Below are positions 27,829-41,540 of a stretch of DNA of 64,000 nucleotides, one piece after another. A program made the position numbers and the translations under genes. The stretch comes from Phoronis australis (Eukaryota > Animalia > Phoronida): the NCBI GenBank assembly GCA_002633005.1, contig NMRA01000176.1, positions 124,001 through 188,000 of the forward strand, written 5' to 3'. How positions within the stretch are numbered: the first letter of the stretch is position 1; each line of letters starts with the position of its first letter. The notes below the pieces were generated by a model. It worked only from the letters and a program-made list of their open reading frames with translations. It searched no databases and was not told the DNA's origin.

Positions 27829-30800
27829 TTATTTCAACTCTCTTTCCCTGAAATATCTCTGGTCTATTCGCATGCAAAAGTCCTCTAGGTTCCTGTAGCT
27901 GTGAGCAATTGTTGCAAACTCTGTGACTGGCAGTTGTGTGGTCAGCAGGACGTAAAGATGGCCGTAGACGAGAGCGTCTAGCTCTGTAGGTCTGAAAGAC
28001 AGGGTTGTCATTCTGTACCACCAATTAAGTAGTCGAATCATCTTCCACAAGAGGTTAAAGCAGACATCTATATGCAAAACGATTTTAAATTGGAACCATG
28101 CAACCAAGAGACTAAAATAATTTTAAATTGAGTACAAACCAGACGAAAACAATAAAGAATGTCATATTCTGAAAAGAAATAACAACCGTATTCTGTTATA
28201 GGTCAATGACCACATCTGACATCAAAAACAAAATTTAAAAACACTTGTTGCCCACAACTTAAAAGTTTGACTTAATGACAAATACACGTTATGCGATTCA
28301 TTTGAAGCTGAAGCAAACAACATGCAAAAACGAGATATGAATAAAAATGAAAAAAGGTTGTTTTGGTGTGATTTTTTGTCAAGTTGTTAGCAAAACTGAG
28401 AACATATTTGGGGAAAAACGTAATTAAACAGATTGGCATTGCTTGGTTTTCCATCTTCAATATGTAACTTGTGCAGAAGCTCACTGACCTCAGAATGCTT
28501 CAAGATCTGGACCGTGACCAAATTTTACTCAAGATTTAACTAAAAAAATTGACAGATCACATTATACGGAAAAAAAATTATTAAAGCGTGGCATGCGATT
28601 GGTCAGTTTTCATGCTGCCTTTTGAGTAAAACGCTCACTGGTAATGGACCCTGAAGTCGTTTGTAAGCATATCACACATTCAAGGCTTCATGATACGATG
28701 TAACTTTCAAAATAAACTAGACAAGAGTTCTCAACGTCGTCCCAGAATTGTTTGGCAGTTTAGTCTCAGTTTTAATCACAATGAAACAGCGTTAATTTGT
28801 CAAACTTTTGTCGGAGCTTAATGTAACGGTGTTGTGCCAAGCTACTAATTCTTTATTTGATATGTAATGGGCTTTGACAGTAAATTGTCGCAACTTCAAC
28901 AACATGGATGGAGCAATAAAATTCCAGATTTTGTTGATATTTAGCCAGACATTGACAGAATTCCAGTTGATAATATTAAGGATATTTAGACAGTCACAGT
29001 TTTGTGCGTCCAGTTTCTTTGGAAACCAGTAACATACCTGTCACCAAAGAAGAATTGAGATTTCCCTAATCTTTCTGAAAGCGCTTCGCAGCATTTTTTA
29101 ACGTCACCACATACCTAAAATCAGCAATTGAGAACAGTGAGTCACAATTTCATACATCATGCGGGTATTGCATCTGTTCGTGTAAAGTTAAACAGGAAAC
29201 AAAGTTTGACTAATGTACCGTCCACACTAGGAGTTAATCTGGAACAAGTTTCTCCTGGAACCAGCTGCCCCTGGCTTAATTCGTTGTGTGGACTGGGCGC
29301 GACTTCCACTGAGGCAACTTGACACATGCATAACTTACCCCAAACTATCGAGGTGGGAAAATCTGCAGACAAGGCAAAAGTCATTACCATCTGCACATTT
29401 GATGAGTGACATACCTACGAGTGTCCAATAATCTTTGTGCCATAATTGTCACAAAGTGCAAGGTGCAGGACTTGGAATGACCACTAACAAAAAAGAGGAA
29501 AATCTTCCAGGTGATGTATCATTCCACAATTAAATATTTTGAGTGATACACGTTTTTGTGTTGTAAAATTAAACTGAAATCTCGAACGTTTCTGTATGAA
29601 TAAAGTCAAACTAATGACAAAAAAGCAACGGAAAAAGAGGAAACTGGACATCGAATAAGAAGAAACCAAAACCAAAAAAGGAAATCCTCTTAAAAGAGGA
29701 AAATTCCAAGCCTTGAATGTGTGTAGTGTGACGCTGTACTGAAGAGAGAGAAGTTGCTCTTGTTCAAACAGGGTAATTCTACACTAATTATTTAGCACAC
29801 CCATTCTGGACTCCATTCTACTCCTCACCTCGCTGAAACTCTTCTTGTCCCATCCGATGGCCCTCAACTTACTCCTGACCTCATACTGTTTCCTAGCAGG
29901 AAGTAGCCAGTTCAATGGCCACGGATAGTGAGAACCATATCGAGGCTTACTGACCTGTGAAAGAGCGAAATACAATACACACCAAACAACTGCGTTGTAA
30001 AAATGTCATTTTCACGACACAGCAGTTAATTCTGTTTTAAGCGAAAAAAATGGAATATTTCGTCACTACTTTGAAATCCTAATTCTAAAATACCTTTTCT
30101 ACCATGCTACCATTCTCATTTATTTTTCGTCATTCTTGATCATGGCAGACGACCATCAAGACCGAGGTGTTTTGTTTCATTAAATCCGGCATATACTGAG
30201 CTAGCTTAATTTTTGCTTTTCAAAATGCATTGTATTGAAAAACAAGTGCAAGAGCTAACATAAAGAGCACATTTATGAAAACCAAGCTCTCTGGCACTAA
30301 TAACCAATAAATATAACCTGTATTATACCACATTAGCCTCGAATGGCAGATACAACCATGTAATAACCCATAAAGTTATCTCACTAGTGAGATAACATTT
30401 TGGCGGGAAACCGAGTACGGATTTGAAACCGGGCGTCAAGAGTTTTGAATCGCCGACTTTACCACTACACCACTCAGCGGCTGACGTCATCGAACGTGAA
30501 AATAGAATACTTAAATGAGCACGCACAACAAAATCGCATGTTCAGCAAAGGGCATTGCACCGACACTTATAGGCTATGAAAACTCAGACGCGCAATTTCC
30601 ATAAAAACGATATTTTAATTCAGTGAAATTTTTCTCGTGTCCTCTCACTTGTAAATCAACGATCTCCAATTTGAATGCGGGTATCGTGTCGTCGGGATCC
30701 TATAACTTGAGCATTATAGTCAGTTACTAGTGGTAACCTACTTTAGCAGACAATATTTTCCCGGTCGAAGCTTAGCATGATAAAATGTGTAGTAAGCTAT

Positions 30801-33800
30801 AATAGTTGCTAAACCTTAATTTATAGATTCACTTCATTACTATTTTGTTTAAATTTCCAATTGGTTTTGAGTATAAGCATTGACAAAAATAGCTCGCTTT
30901 TCTTAAAAGGTAACGATCTCCGACCCCGGGCCTCTGACATAGAAAGTAGTTACAAAGCCGAGGCGAGTCGAGAAAGGTAGATCGATTCATTGCAATGTTT
31001 CTCGTTTAGTATGTGGTATAAATAGATTATTACATGTTCTCAGTCGTTATCCCCATTATCTAGAGCCCGAGTGGATTTTGGAGAATTATCGCCCGAGGGG
31101 CGTTAGCCCCGAGGGTGATAATTCTACAAAATCCACTCGGGCTCTAGATAATGGGGATAACGACTTCGCCATGTAATAGTCTATATTTATCTCACACAGT
31201 ATGAAACCAAGCAGACAAACAAGCTAAATGTTGTCCAGTTAAGCAGTCATCATTGGCGGTAAAAGTGATTTTCTGAGATCAGCCTCGATGTGGAATTGAG
31301 CCTGTCACCCCGTGTTCGCAGCATATTGCTCTTCTGGCAGACCTATATACGAAAGTGGCAGAATACTTAATAAGTGTATCTAAGTGTTTAAGTCACTAAC
31401 CTTGATTTCAGCGTCTGACCAACCACAAGAATTGGCGATTTGCCAGAAAATCACAAATTTGACCACAACGTATGCCACAAACTTAAATAGTCAACTCCAA
31501 TCAACAATAAACCCCACCATAAAACTGATAATGAACCTTTGTTTTAAAATAAACATACCTCATTGGCAACTGTAGAGTCACACCATGAGAGATAGAGCTA
31601 CAAAATACAACATTTTATCAACACTTTTCACATAAACCTTGAGTTAAATGGCTGATATACTGTCATGCAGTATCATAAAAATACCACAGAGAGAAAAAGA
31701 CAAAAGAAAATATTCCAGGTTCTAAACCGCTTACTATTTCTACATGCAATTGAAGCGCTTAAATTTTAATCCTCATCTTTTTCGGCAAGATGAGATACCG
31801 ATTCACCAACACAATCTATTTATGCGCAATATAAATTAGAATAGTTTGGTAGCAAATGTTCATGTACACGTTATGTTTAACGTCATGCAGGCAACAATTA
31901 GTCTGGTCAAGCAAAATCTCAGAATTTGCTTGATGAATACCAGAAGAACTTGGCTACATTAACTAGGAAAACTAGTGGCAATGACGAAAGTAGTGAACAG
32001 TCCCCAGCCATCGCATATTCACAAAAAAGACTGCTTCCATTTTTTTCCTAAACTGAGGAAAATTTGTTCATTTAACTCGAGCTTTTTCAACCCAGGGACC
32101 ATTCACAATAATCACCATTTCCATGAGTGTGCATACACTTTTTCCATTCATGCGGAAGAGAACAAAAAGTTTGACATTTTTCAAGGTGAAAACAACAAAC
32201 TGAAACCAGGACAAATTGTCTACTAGTATTTCATATTTCACAAACCTGACCTGCCAAGTTGCTATGTCAACCATTGTGAATTTCAAGTGCTCAAAATTTC
32301 CTTTCCAAGTTAACACGTCGATGGTGCAGTTTTGTTGTATTTTTGACAAAAAGTGAAGAAGCAATAAATAAAACATATAGTTATTTTCAAATCAATATTT
32401 TTACAATGTCAAACACTTACAAGAGCAGCAAGCTACAACCCCTCTCTCCTTAAAGTGTGTTTTTGTGAATGTGAACATGTACAATAAATGTGAAGAATCC
32501 CCGAATTGGAGAAGTATTACACAACAAATCATTTGTCTTACTACAACTACATGTACAGTAAATCCAAGTTCTTTCAAATTGTTTATGGACATGAAATCAG
32601 TTCCATATACCATAATAAGTGATACAGCATACAACTAAAAAATTCACACAGATGCTGTGTCGACAATTACCTCGGCGTTGACGAGAATGTTTTCCACAAG
32701 TGCCATGTATGCTTTCATTTCAGCTTTTTCCGAGTCCGATAAATGCTCACTTAAGTGAAAGCCCTGCAAATAAATCAACAAAATTGCACGTGTGTTCATC
32801 TTGTATCTTTTTGGTTGGCTAACGAATGATACGATCAGTATTGTTAGTTAATTGTCAACCTTTGCGAAATCCTTTCACACTTCATTGAATAACTAAAATG
32901 TCCATTACCAACACATAAAGTAATCCAAATCCTCCATGATTGAAAAAGAAAAGTTTATGCATGTCTTAAAGCATCAGACAATCAATTATAATTATGAGAC
33001 CACCATTTTCTGCTTTGAATATGAATTTCTAAAAAAAATGTAATGCATGCAATTTCATAATTATGATTTCTTCCTATCAATACACAGGGAACCATGTATC
33101 ACACTTTTTAACCTTTAAACAATAAGGATATTAGCCTACAATGTCGTCCACAAGAAGTCTAAGTCTGCATTTTCCAACATAAACAAAAACCAAAGAAACA
33201 ATTCCCTTGGTCACAGCCCATTCAATGGTCAATAGATTTTCCACTGAACTGCAGCTATGAACAAGCCACATATTAGGGTAATGACGAAAAACAAATTTTA
33301 GGTAAAGCTTCATACAATTCGAATTTTGCATTTTTGAAAAAAAAACATAACGACTGGTTCCTTCCAGGCCTCGTGAACTAATACGTGGTGAAATTTAGCA
33401 AGTAGGTCACTCTCAGTAGCTTTCAAAATAAATTAGATTTGACTTCGGCAGAACCCTGTGAGATCCAACCAGTCTCGGACAAACTTCTTGCTAGAGTTAT
33501 TTGGCAGCTTAGTTGGACTTCTGTGACAATAGCATTTTAACCTCAGACAGATGTTGTGCCTTACAGCTAGCAGCTACTTTGATAATGGACTTGCAAGGCA
33601 AGATGGCACGATTTTGACAAAATGTGTTGAGCAAAACTTGCTGAGATTTTACCGAAATTTAAGCGGATTTGAAAAAGATTCCAGTGGAAAAGAATTGGAT
33701 ATTTTGTTTACATACTTATTTATGTTCATTACTTCCGTCAAATTTCATCGTTGTCCAGTTTATTTTGCAATGCACGGAAGTGATCCTTTCGTAAATGAAA

Positions 33801-36800
33801 AAGGCGATTCGGGCAACGTTTGTTGAAAAAATTTTTGCACCGCTTACAGACGGGATGATCTAAAACTTTAGCGCGACAGCCAAAATAACTTAAGCGAAGA
33901 TAAATTGGCTATTGATTATTGGAAGACAGGACATGTCACCAAGACAACCAAGTACGCTGTCAATTCAGCCTATAATCCAGCGGCAATCAGGTAGTAACTG
34001 CTGATGCCTTCCAATCTCACTAGGTGGCATTAGTTTCAGCAAGAGCTTGAGCGCAGTAGTGCAACAACACAACAGAGCTCCTCATAAACGTACCCTGGTG
34101 TTCACAAAAGCAATGATTGGCTCCAACTCTGAGATGACAAATGGGCCAGCCTGGATAAATGGAACTTTACCTGAAAATAAGCACTATACGTGTATGAATA
34201 AGTCTAAATACAAAGTATAGGCAGGTAGGTAAAAGAGGAAACATACTAGCACAGTTACACTGTACACATAATGTTTTTTTTCTAATGCTTATTACGAAAT
34301 CTTCACTACAATGAATATACATAACCGAGAAAGCGCCATGAGGCATTATATCTGGGTTAAAAAATATACAAAGAAATCTATATACAATTATTATACACAA
34401 ACACGTAAATTAAAAAAACTGATGTTAATATTAAGATTATATATGATTACGAATGTTAATAAATTATTTTAATACACATTGTATATAATTCTATACACTA
34501 ACACAAAGAGATTTAATATAATTATAAAGAAATTTTGATACTATTTCAACTAAAACCTTATTTTCATTTGGGTTGAGATCTTGACATCCATACAGAAAAA
34601 AATTAATTTTGTTATACAATTGCAGAATTTCAGAATATTTTTTTGTAAATATAAATAAATACACACAATGGTGAAAACAAACAATAAGATAAAGTTGACT
34701 TAAACAGTAGCTTACCGCCAAAACAAGTGGCTAAGTTCACATTTTTCGAATTCTCAAAAGATAATGGCAACAAAACTTCTCCAGTTCGGGACAACAATTG
34801 GCTAAAATGACATTTTTTTAAATTTCAAAAGGTTTACTAAATTGCTGCAAATACAGGTGTGAAATCGTGGTTCAACTGTCCCGTGTAGTGCGTTTTCTAC
34901 CCAGATCAGTCTATCAGACTATCTCCACCAAACTGCCTTATAGAAATTGAGGTGATGAAAAATGTGAAGATATAGAGTATTTAATTCGAGATTTAAAGAC
35001 TCACCAGATGGCGACATATGCTCTGCATTTGTCCTTAACTCGACCTTGAATTTGATACCGCACATATGGAGGAAGGCTTTAACACCGAGACAGCAGGCAG
35101 CATCAGGCAGAAGGATCTGGCTGCCCTGGTACGGTTGAAATAAGTCAATGGTATCAGGCCATGGCAGGCTACCTGCTAACAGGGGAATACAAATGATTAA
35201 TGATATTTAAAATGACATTGTACCCAGGGGTTCACCCACGATTTCAAAAATAGGGTGCTCAAAATGGGTTTCCCAATTTCTCAGGTTGTCCAATAATGCA
35301 TGACAGGATTTAGGACTCCAAGCCAAACTGCTGATGTATGTTGCTTTGGAAGCATGGTTTTGCGATAATTTTTTCTTGTATCTTACATCATTTCTAAACC
35401 AATGACCTCCCAGACATGATCACTTATTCACTTCACTTAGAGGTCTAAAAGCTGAACACGGCATCCTACAAGTAGCTGGGGCGTCTAAATTTGAATCAAG
35501 ATTGTCCATTTGGATGCCCTGGACAACCTCTAGATGAAGGTATGTTGGCCCTGACAACCAATCACACAATGCCAAAAGCAATGCTATGAAGGTAGTAGAC
35601 ACACACTGTAGAAAAACCTGGATACGAGGAGCATACCTACGTGCTTTTAAGTGTTGAAAAAGGTCACATTTCTTCAATACTACACTTCAACCCATGTGAT
35701 AACATCGCACTCTTAAATTCCTCCATCAACCATCATGAATCTAACTTAAGAGCACAGATCCTGCCCATTTTGGCAGTCAATGAATCGAATTCAGGGTAAA
35801 CTTCAGTAATGCCTAGCGTCCTGGTAAAAAAGCAAGATCTTGCAAGATTCCGCTAGATAATGTTGTCTACTTTCAATGACAGTGCGTGACTTTGGCTAGA
35901 TTTGCTTTTTGCCATGAGTAATTGAACATGAACCAGTTTTACACCTGCAGCTATCTCGATAACTTACAAAGATAACAAAATATTCAAGAATTTCTGATTT
36001 GTAAAATCCCTTTGCTAGCATGCTGCATTATGAAGGAAAGCAGGGAACCTTTCGTAATTGTGAAATTAGGAGGTTAAGTACTAGTCCACGAGAGCACCAG
36101 CCATGAGCGGCAAGGTGGGGGTCAGCCGATTTTCACCAAATTTGGCACATAGGTAGTCCTAAGGGATCTATAAACAGCGGTAAAATATTTTCTCAAAATA
36201 TTACGTTTTTCTAAAGTTATAGGCTCGAACACATTTTACAGCTTCGCAGCCATGTTTTCATGGTATAAAAACTGTCCAGTTTTAACTGTTCATATTTTTC
36301 CTTGAATGAAAGCTATCGATTTATTATTCACTTGGCATTGTTTTTTGGTGCCTGTAGATTGTTACATAGATGTCTTGAAACACGATTCCGATTTACCACC
36401 CTCATTTAGTAATTTTACTACACTGCCCCCCGTTATGCCATTTTGAGGTTGTGTTCAGTACACTGCTGTACCAAATCTGCCCCCACTGTTATGAGAATGA
36501 AACTTAGCCAAAATGTTGACAAAACATGTTACTTTCATTTCATGAAATAAGAACTTTGTCATCCAGTTTATTAGTTATACATTTTGGTACCTCAAATGTA
36601 CTAAAATGAGAAATTTTCATATATCTGAGACCAATGCGTGAGCACCGTAAAATCCGATTGTCCTTCATGTTTTTCGATATTTTGCAACAAAATAGTTCCT
36701 CCTGAATGTTTTGAACGTTTTACTACTTACCACTTAGGGCTACAGTGCTCCTAAATACCATACATGGCTCCATTTTGTAAAAAGCCGATTATGTCCTCCA

Positions 36801-39206
36801 CAGTGAACAGGGTTAGTCATGAACTCGACAAATGTAGGTTATTTTGATTTACAGTTGTTTTACTTTGCAATTTCCTCATGGGTATTTCTTCACACATATT
36901 CAAGTCAGATTTTCTGTTGATCAAATATTCATGGAATGCATTGTAATATCAAATGAATGATAAGTTTGATTGCATGACCGCAATTTTTCCCATGTCTTAA
37001 AACAAAAGACCGCAGAAATTTTCCTGACGAAATACCGGGTTTGCAGTTCTCTAAAAACATTCGAATGACAAGACTAACTCCACCACTGTCCGTGGCAACT
37101 CGTCGCATGTTTTTCGCCCATCGGTCCTATCATTGTTTTCCTTTGTTATGTCATTTTTGGATGTAAGAACACAGGTCGCATGGATATAGAACCTTGCGAA
37201 CATCAGACCGTTGCCGATAAGTGCTCGTCATTATATCTTTATTATAACAACGCGAACAATGAAGATGCCAATCTATTGTTCTCTATGCGACCAGGTTTCC
37301 CGTGGATGACCACAGAAGAGGAATCCCAAAGTATCCACAAACAATGACCACGCACCTTAGTAACTATTACCGCGTACACGAATCCTTTCCGTGGAACCTA
37401 AACACCAATTTTTTTAATCCGTGTATTGTGTTATATTGCTCATGGTACGGGTTCAGACTCTGTTGTATTAAGATTCCAATCCCCAACCCTGTAATATGTA
37501 CATGTAGTTTGAGTAAAATTTCTAGACAATGCAGGTTTATGGATTTATTCTCCTTGAAATGAAGAGTGAAAATCAAATTCTGCAGTTTTTTTAAAAGTAA
37601 TCACTTATTGGAAGATCACACATCTAAAAAATAAAACAATGTTTGACAATTTTATTCATTATCTTATTTGAAAATTGCCTACCTCACAGACAACTCATCT
37701 AAGTTGAAAACATTCCTTGTGAAAAAATATAAAATACCAACTAGAGACTTGTGTACTATAAAATATGTTTTCGTAATACAATGCAAAAATAACTGTACAG
37801 TCAAAAGTGCAAATGTTATGAGTCTAATAAAAAAATTGCCTTCCAGATCTTTTCAACACTCTAATTGCTACAGGACAGAGTCAACCACACAAAGCTCATA
37901 AAGTCAGGGAATTACATTTAAGGTGATGTAGTCTCATTGCGAAAACGTGATTTCGCAATATCGCTGACAACACTGGAAATCTCTTCTTCACAAACTTGAG
38001 GTAGCTGTATTTACCACATCAATGTTCTTATCAAAACTAACCACCACAAAATGAAAAAATTGGCTTGTCGGTTCCAATTAGGCAGCATTTTACAATAAAA
38101 TGGTCATGAAAAAATACTTTTGTAACATGGTTTGCATTACAATTGCCCTACGATTACAGTTGTACATACACACTAGACCAGTAACAAAATTACCCATGGG
38201 AACCATAAAATGGTCAATTCGCCAAAAAAACAANNNNNNNNNNNNNNNNNNNNNNNNNNNNNNNNNNNNNNNNNNNNNNNNNNNNNNNNNNNNNNNNNNN
38301 NNNNNNNNNNNNNNNNNNNNNNNNNNNNNNNNNNNNNNNNNNNNNNNNNNNNNNNNNNNNNNNNNNNNNNNNNNNNNNNNNNNNNNNNNNNNNNNNNNNN
38401 NNNNNNNNNNNNNNNNNNNNNNNNNNNNNNNNNNNNNNNNNNNNNNNNNNNNNNNNNNNNNNNNNNNNNNNNNNNNNNNNNNNNNNNNNNNNNNNNNNNN
38501 NNNNNNNNNNNNNNNNNNNNNNNNNNNNNNNNNNNNNNNNNNNNNNNNNNNNNNNNNNNNNNNNNNNNNNNNNNNNNNNNNNNNNNNNNNNNNNNNNNNN
38601 NNNNNNNNNNNNNNNNNNNNNNNNNNNNNNNNNNNNNNNNNNNNNNNNNNNNNNNNNNNNNNNNNNNNNNNNNNNNNNNNNNNNCCCCCCCCCTAAAATT
38701 CCCCCAGATTTCGTTTGGCAGTTCAGGGGTGCGAATGTCTAAAGTGCAAAATCCTGGCTAATACTCTGCCCTGCCCCCCCAACATAAAATCCAGGATCCG
38801 CCCCTGAACTCCCATTGAATAACACCCGTTATTCAGTGGTAGTAACTGGTTTGCAAATCAATTTTAAATCAGGGACCCCACTATCTCACTGCATGACCAT
38901 GGCCACGTGACCGTTGGTGGTGGAGTAGTAAAATAAGTGAGCCCCCCCCCCCCCCNCATGGTGGTCCGCCCAACAAACAACCGCACAGCGACCGCTGAGA
39001 GTGGCTGTGGTGACAACGTGACTGTGACTCGTTGCGTCCGACTCGATCAGTCTCCGTTGTGAGGGTGATACCGAGTTCATGGCGTTCTGTTGCTTCAGCG
39101 GCAGTGTTCTGCGCAGAAGCGAGGCAATTTGAAAGGCAGATTAGCTACATTTTACCAACTCACTGGTGAACTGTACATATTGACCTCCTTCCAGTACAGA
39201 GGCCAT
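27829..39206 (-). CDS. MTX2: Metaxin-2 (mitochondrial outer-membrane SAM complex, GST-like fold)
   Basis: Exons 39206-39164 ([14 protein letters not shown]), 35172/35175-35005 ([12 protein letters not shown]...[20 protein letters not shown]...[11 protein letters not shown]), 34170-34094 ([22 protein letters not shown]), 32763-32671 ([13 protein letters not shown]), 31597-31559 (LYLSWCD), 29954-29829 ([13 protein letters not shown]), 29114-29038 ([10 protein letters not shown]...FFFGD), 27991-27829 ([13 protein letters not shown]). Phases are all consistent. Confidence 0.95.
30408..30479 (-). mobile_element. tRNA-derived SINE head or tRNA pseudogene
   Basis: Minus strand has an A box (TGGTGTAGTGG), a B-box-like GGTTTCAAATCC and partial acceptor pairing (GCTGAG/CTCGGT); anticodon and T arms are degenerate. 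Confidence 0.5.
31018..31190. repeat. Near-perfect ~170-bp palindrome (foldback/MITE-like)
   Basis: AGTCGTTATCCCCATTATCTAGAGCCCGAGTGGATTTTG pairs exactly with CAAAATCCACTCGGGCTCTAGATAATGGGGATAACGACT; the apex holds a small GGGGC-GTTA-GCCCC hairpin. Confidence 0.9.
38686..38806 (-). repeat. GGCGGATCC-type MITE fragment, inverted homolog of 51663-51780
   Basis: TGCAAAATCCTGGCTAATA...GGATCCGCCCCTG is the reverse complement of CAGGG...GGATCC...TATTAGCCAGGATTTTGCA. Confidence 0.7.
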
Positions 39207-39640
39207 TCCAGCCTGGAAAACAAGATTCCAGCTCTGAAATGTTCGTAAGCAACAGGAAGTTAGTCGTAATAGAATAGTTCTCTCGATAAAATGCATTCGA
39301 ATATATCATATGTGGCCCCGAAAACCGAGAAAAGTTGTACCCCCTCCGAACGATGGCGCTCCGGTATAATTCTTCAACCAACAACATAAGATCAGTAAAT
39401 TTGATCCTAGCAAATTTTAGTCAACTAAACTTAACTAAATCTGATGCACTGCGTGATCGAGAAAAGACAGAAATATACTGAAGTGCGTACATGTAGGTCA
39501 GCTGAGCCAATTTACAAAAGTGTCATGAATTAATTAGGTCATGGTTAACTGACGCGAAACGTGATCTCTACCGCCTAGTCCACATAATTAATGCACTTTT
39601 CTCTCGGGCGATGGAATAATTGCGGGATCCGCTCAAACTT

Positions 39641-39805
39641 GGGGCGGATCCAGGATTTCTTAACAGGGAGGGTCGGATCAAGGATTTTTTAAACAGGAGC
39701 CTCCAAGTCAACAATTTGTAAATTCTAGATCTGATATCACAAAGGGAAAAGGGGGCCGGGACCGCTGAATCCAGAACTCGACCCTTTGAACCCCCTGGAT
39801 CCGCT
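39641..39805. mobile_element. Short MITE with GCGGATCCAGG TIRs
   Basis: GGGGCGGATCCAGGA ... CCCCTGGATCCGC. Confidence 0.6.
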
Positions 39806-40804
39806 ATGTCAAAATAATGCAGCCTAATTAAAAATTGGTGAAGTATACTTTCGATTGGTAAAAACAAGCCGCTATAGTTCGATCTAAAACGATGAGCAGA
39901 GTCGATCGTAAACAAGACCAAAATAGACTATTGCCTAACTGCCGTCAGAAGTTGACGAGGTCAAAAAAAAAACGTTTCTGTAGAGCCGATTGCATGGTTT
40001 TTACTTCGCAGTAAACATGATTGGCTCTGACTTGAGTATATTGGCAAATTAGTACCGTTTTACACTCCTAGTACCCGGTACTATAGCAAACAGATTTCAG
40101 TTAGCTATAGAGTGTTATTGCCGTGTACCGGCGCCATCGTTTGAATACATGTACACAATCAACTGTAGGTCTGAATGTACACCAAACTGTCAGTGTACTG
40201 CACCCCCGTTACGAGCCTATGCGTTCACACCCGGCTTGCAGTTCACAAGAATATTTTAATGTCTTATCAAAGCGATGTAGAACATCCACTTAGCAACTAA
40301 ATGGGAACCAAGATGCCAGTCTGAAAATCATGGGTGAAGTGGTTCTGCCGGCAAAAAACATGTTGTCCGTGTTCAAAATAAGGCTTAGTTCATAGTCACA
40401 CTGCTCTTCCAAAACGACCATTATTGCTTTCTTGTCATTATGATGTCAAAAGTGAAATTGGTGACAATAATTTGTTTAGACAAACATGTTAGTATGCCTN
40501 NNNNNNNNNNNNNNNNNNNNNNNNNNNNNNNNNNNNNNNNNNNNNNNNNNNNNNNNNNNNNNNNNNNNNNNNNNNNNNNNNNNNNNNNNNNNNNNNNNNN
40601 NNNNNNNNNNNNNNNNNNNNNNNNNNNNNNNNNNNNNNNNNNNNNNNNNNNNNNNNNNNNNNNNNNNNNNNNNNNNNNNNNNNNNNNNNNNNNNNNNNNN
40701 NNNNNNNNNNNNNNNNNNNNNNNNNNNNNNNNNNNNNNNNNNNNNNNNNNNNNNNNNNNNNNNNNNNNNNNNNNNNNNNNNNNNNNNNNNNNNNNNGTGA
40801 CATG

Positions 40805-41045
40805 CAGTGGCAGATCTACGATTTCAGTAAGGGGGGGGGGGGTTTAGGATTCGAAAGAATCCGAGGCGCGTAGCGCCGAGGAGAAGGAAGGTCGCGAGAG
40901 GGTTTCCCTCCTCCCGTGTAAGATTTTTTGGGATTTTTAGTAGCTAATTTCGTTTTTCTGGCGATTTTTTTTCCAGTTTTTATTTTTGATCCTGTCCCGA
41001 GGGGGGGTTTAAACCCCCTGAACCCCCCCTGTAGATCCGCCTCTG
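40805..41045. mobile_element. MITE with CAG..CTG termini and apparent 5-bp TSD
   Basis: CAGTGGCAGATCTAC ... GTAGATCCGCCTCTG with ACATG on both flanks. Confidence 0.7.
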
Positions 41046-41385
41046 ACATGTAACTCTGGACACAAACATCACTTAGTGAGTAAGAAAGAACATGCGAGGC
41101 CATTTTTATGACAGTTCGGCCGAAAACCGGGTTAAAACCCGGCGTTTTAACAAAACCAGTCAAGAAACCCCGCTAAGGATGCGTGCATGTGGGGCTGCGC
41201 CGAATGCAATATGATTATCAGTTTCCGTGTCCATGGTTAGGCCATATACCTGTTTGCGAGTACATCAACAAATAAAAAAAATATGTTCAGGAGCATTTGA
41301 CCCATGCATTTGTTTTTATGAGGTATTTTAAGAGTTCCAAGTAACTTCGTATTTTTGTGTTCGTTATAAGAGAACAAGTGCAGCC

Positions 41386-41540
41386 TCCCATTCAGTAACG
41401 CTAGGACTTTGCTAAAAAGCAAGACTTCGCGAGATTACGTGAGATATTGCCGTGCATTTTGAATAAGAACACGTGACTTTGAATAGGTATTAGCTAGGTC
41501 CTAGCGTTGGTCCTAGCGTCTACTGAACGCACGCCAGACT
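41386..41540 (+). repeat. Dispersed MITE-like repeat, second copy at 48831-48985
   Basis: TTCAGTAACGCTAGGAC...CTAAAAAGCAAGACTTCG...ACTGAACGCACGCCAG occurs at both sites; the ends are partly self-complementary. Confidence 0.75.

Noticed and set aside
30408-30479. Functional tRNA (possible TCA or CAA anticodon, tRNA-Sec)
   Set aside because: Anticodon and T stems pair poorly and there is no long variable arm; better explained as a SINE head or pseudogene.
36081-38233. Possible long-TIR transposon in MTX2 intron 1
   Set aside because: It looks repeat-like, but I found no matching second terminus or transposase motif before the gap.
38100-40847. Long ORFs of 104-198 aa in the ORF track (also 63446-63772)
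   Set aside because: Artefacts of translating N-gaps.
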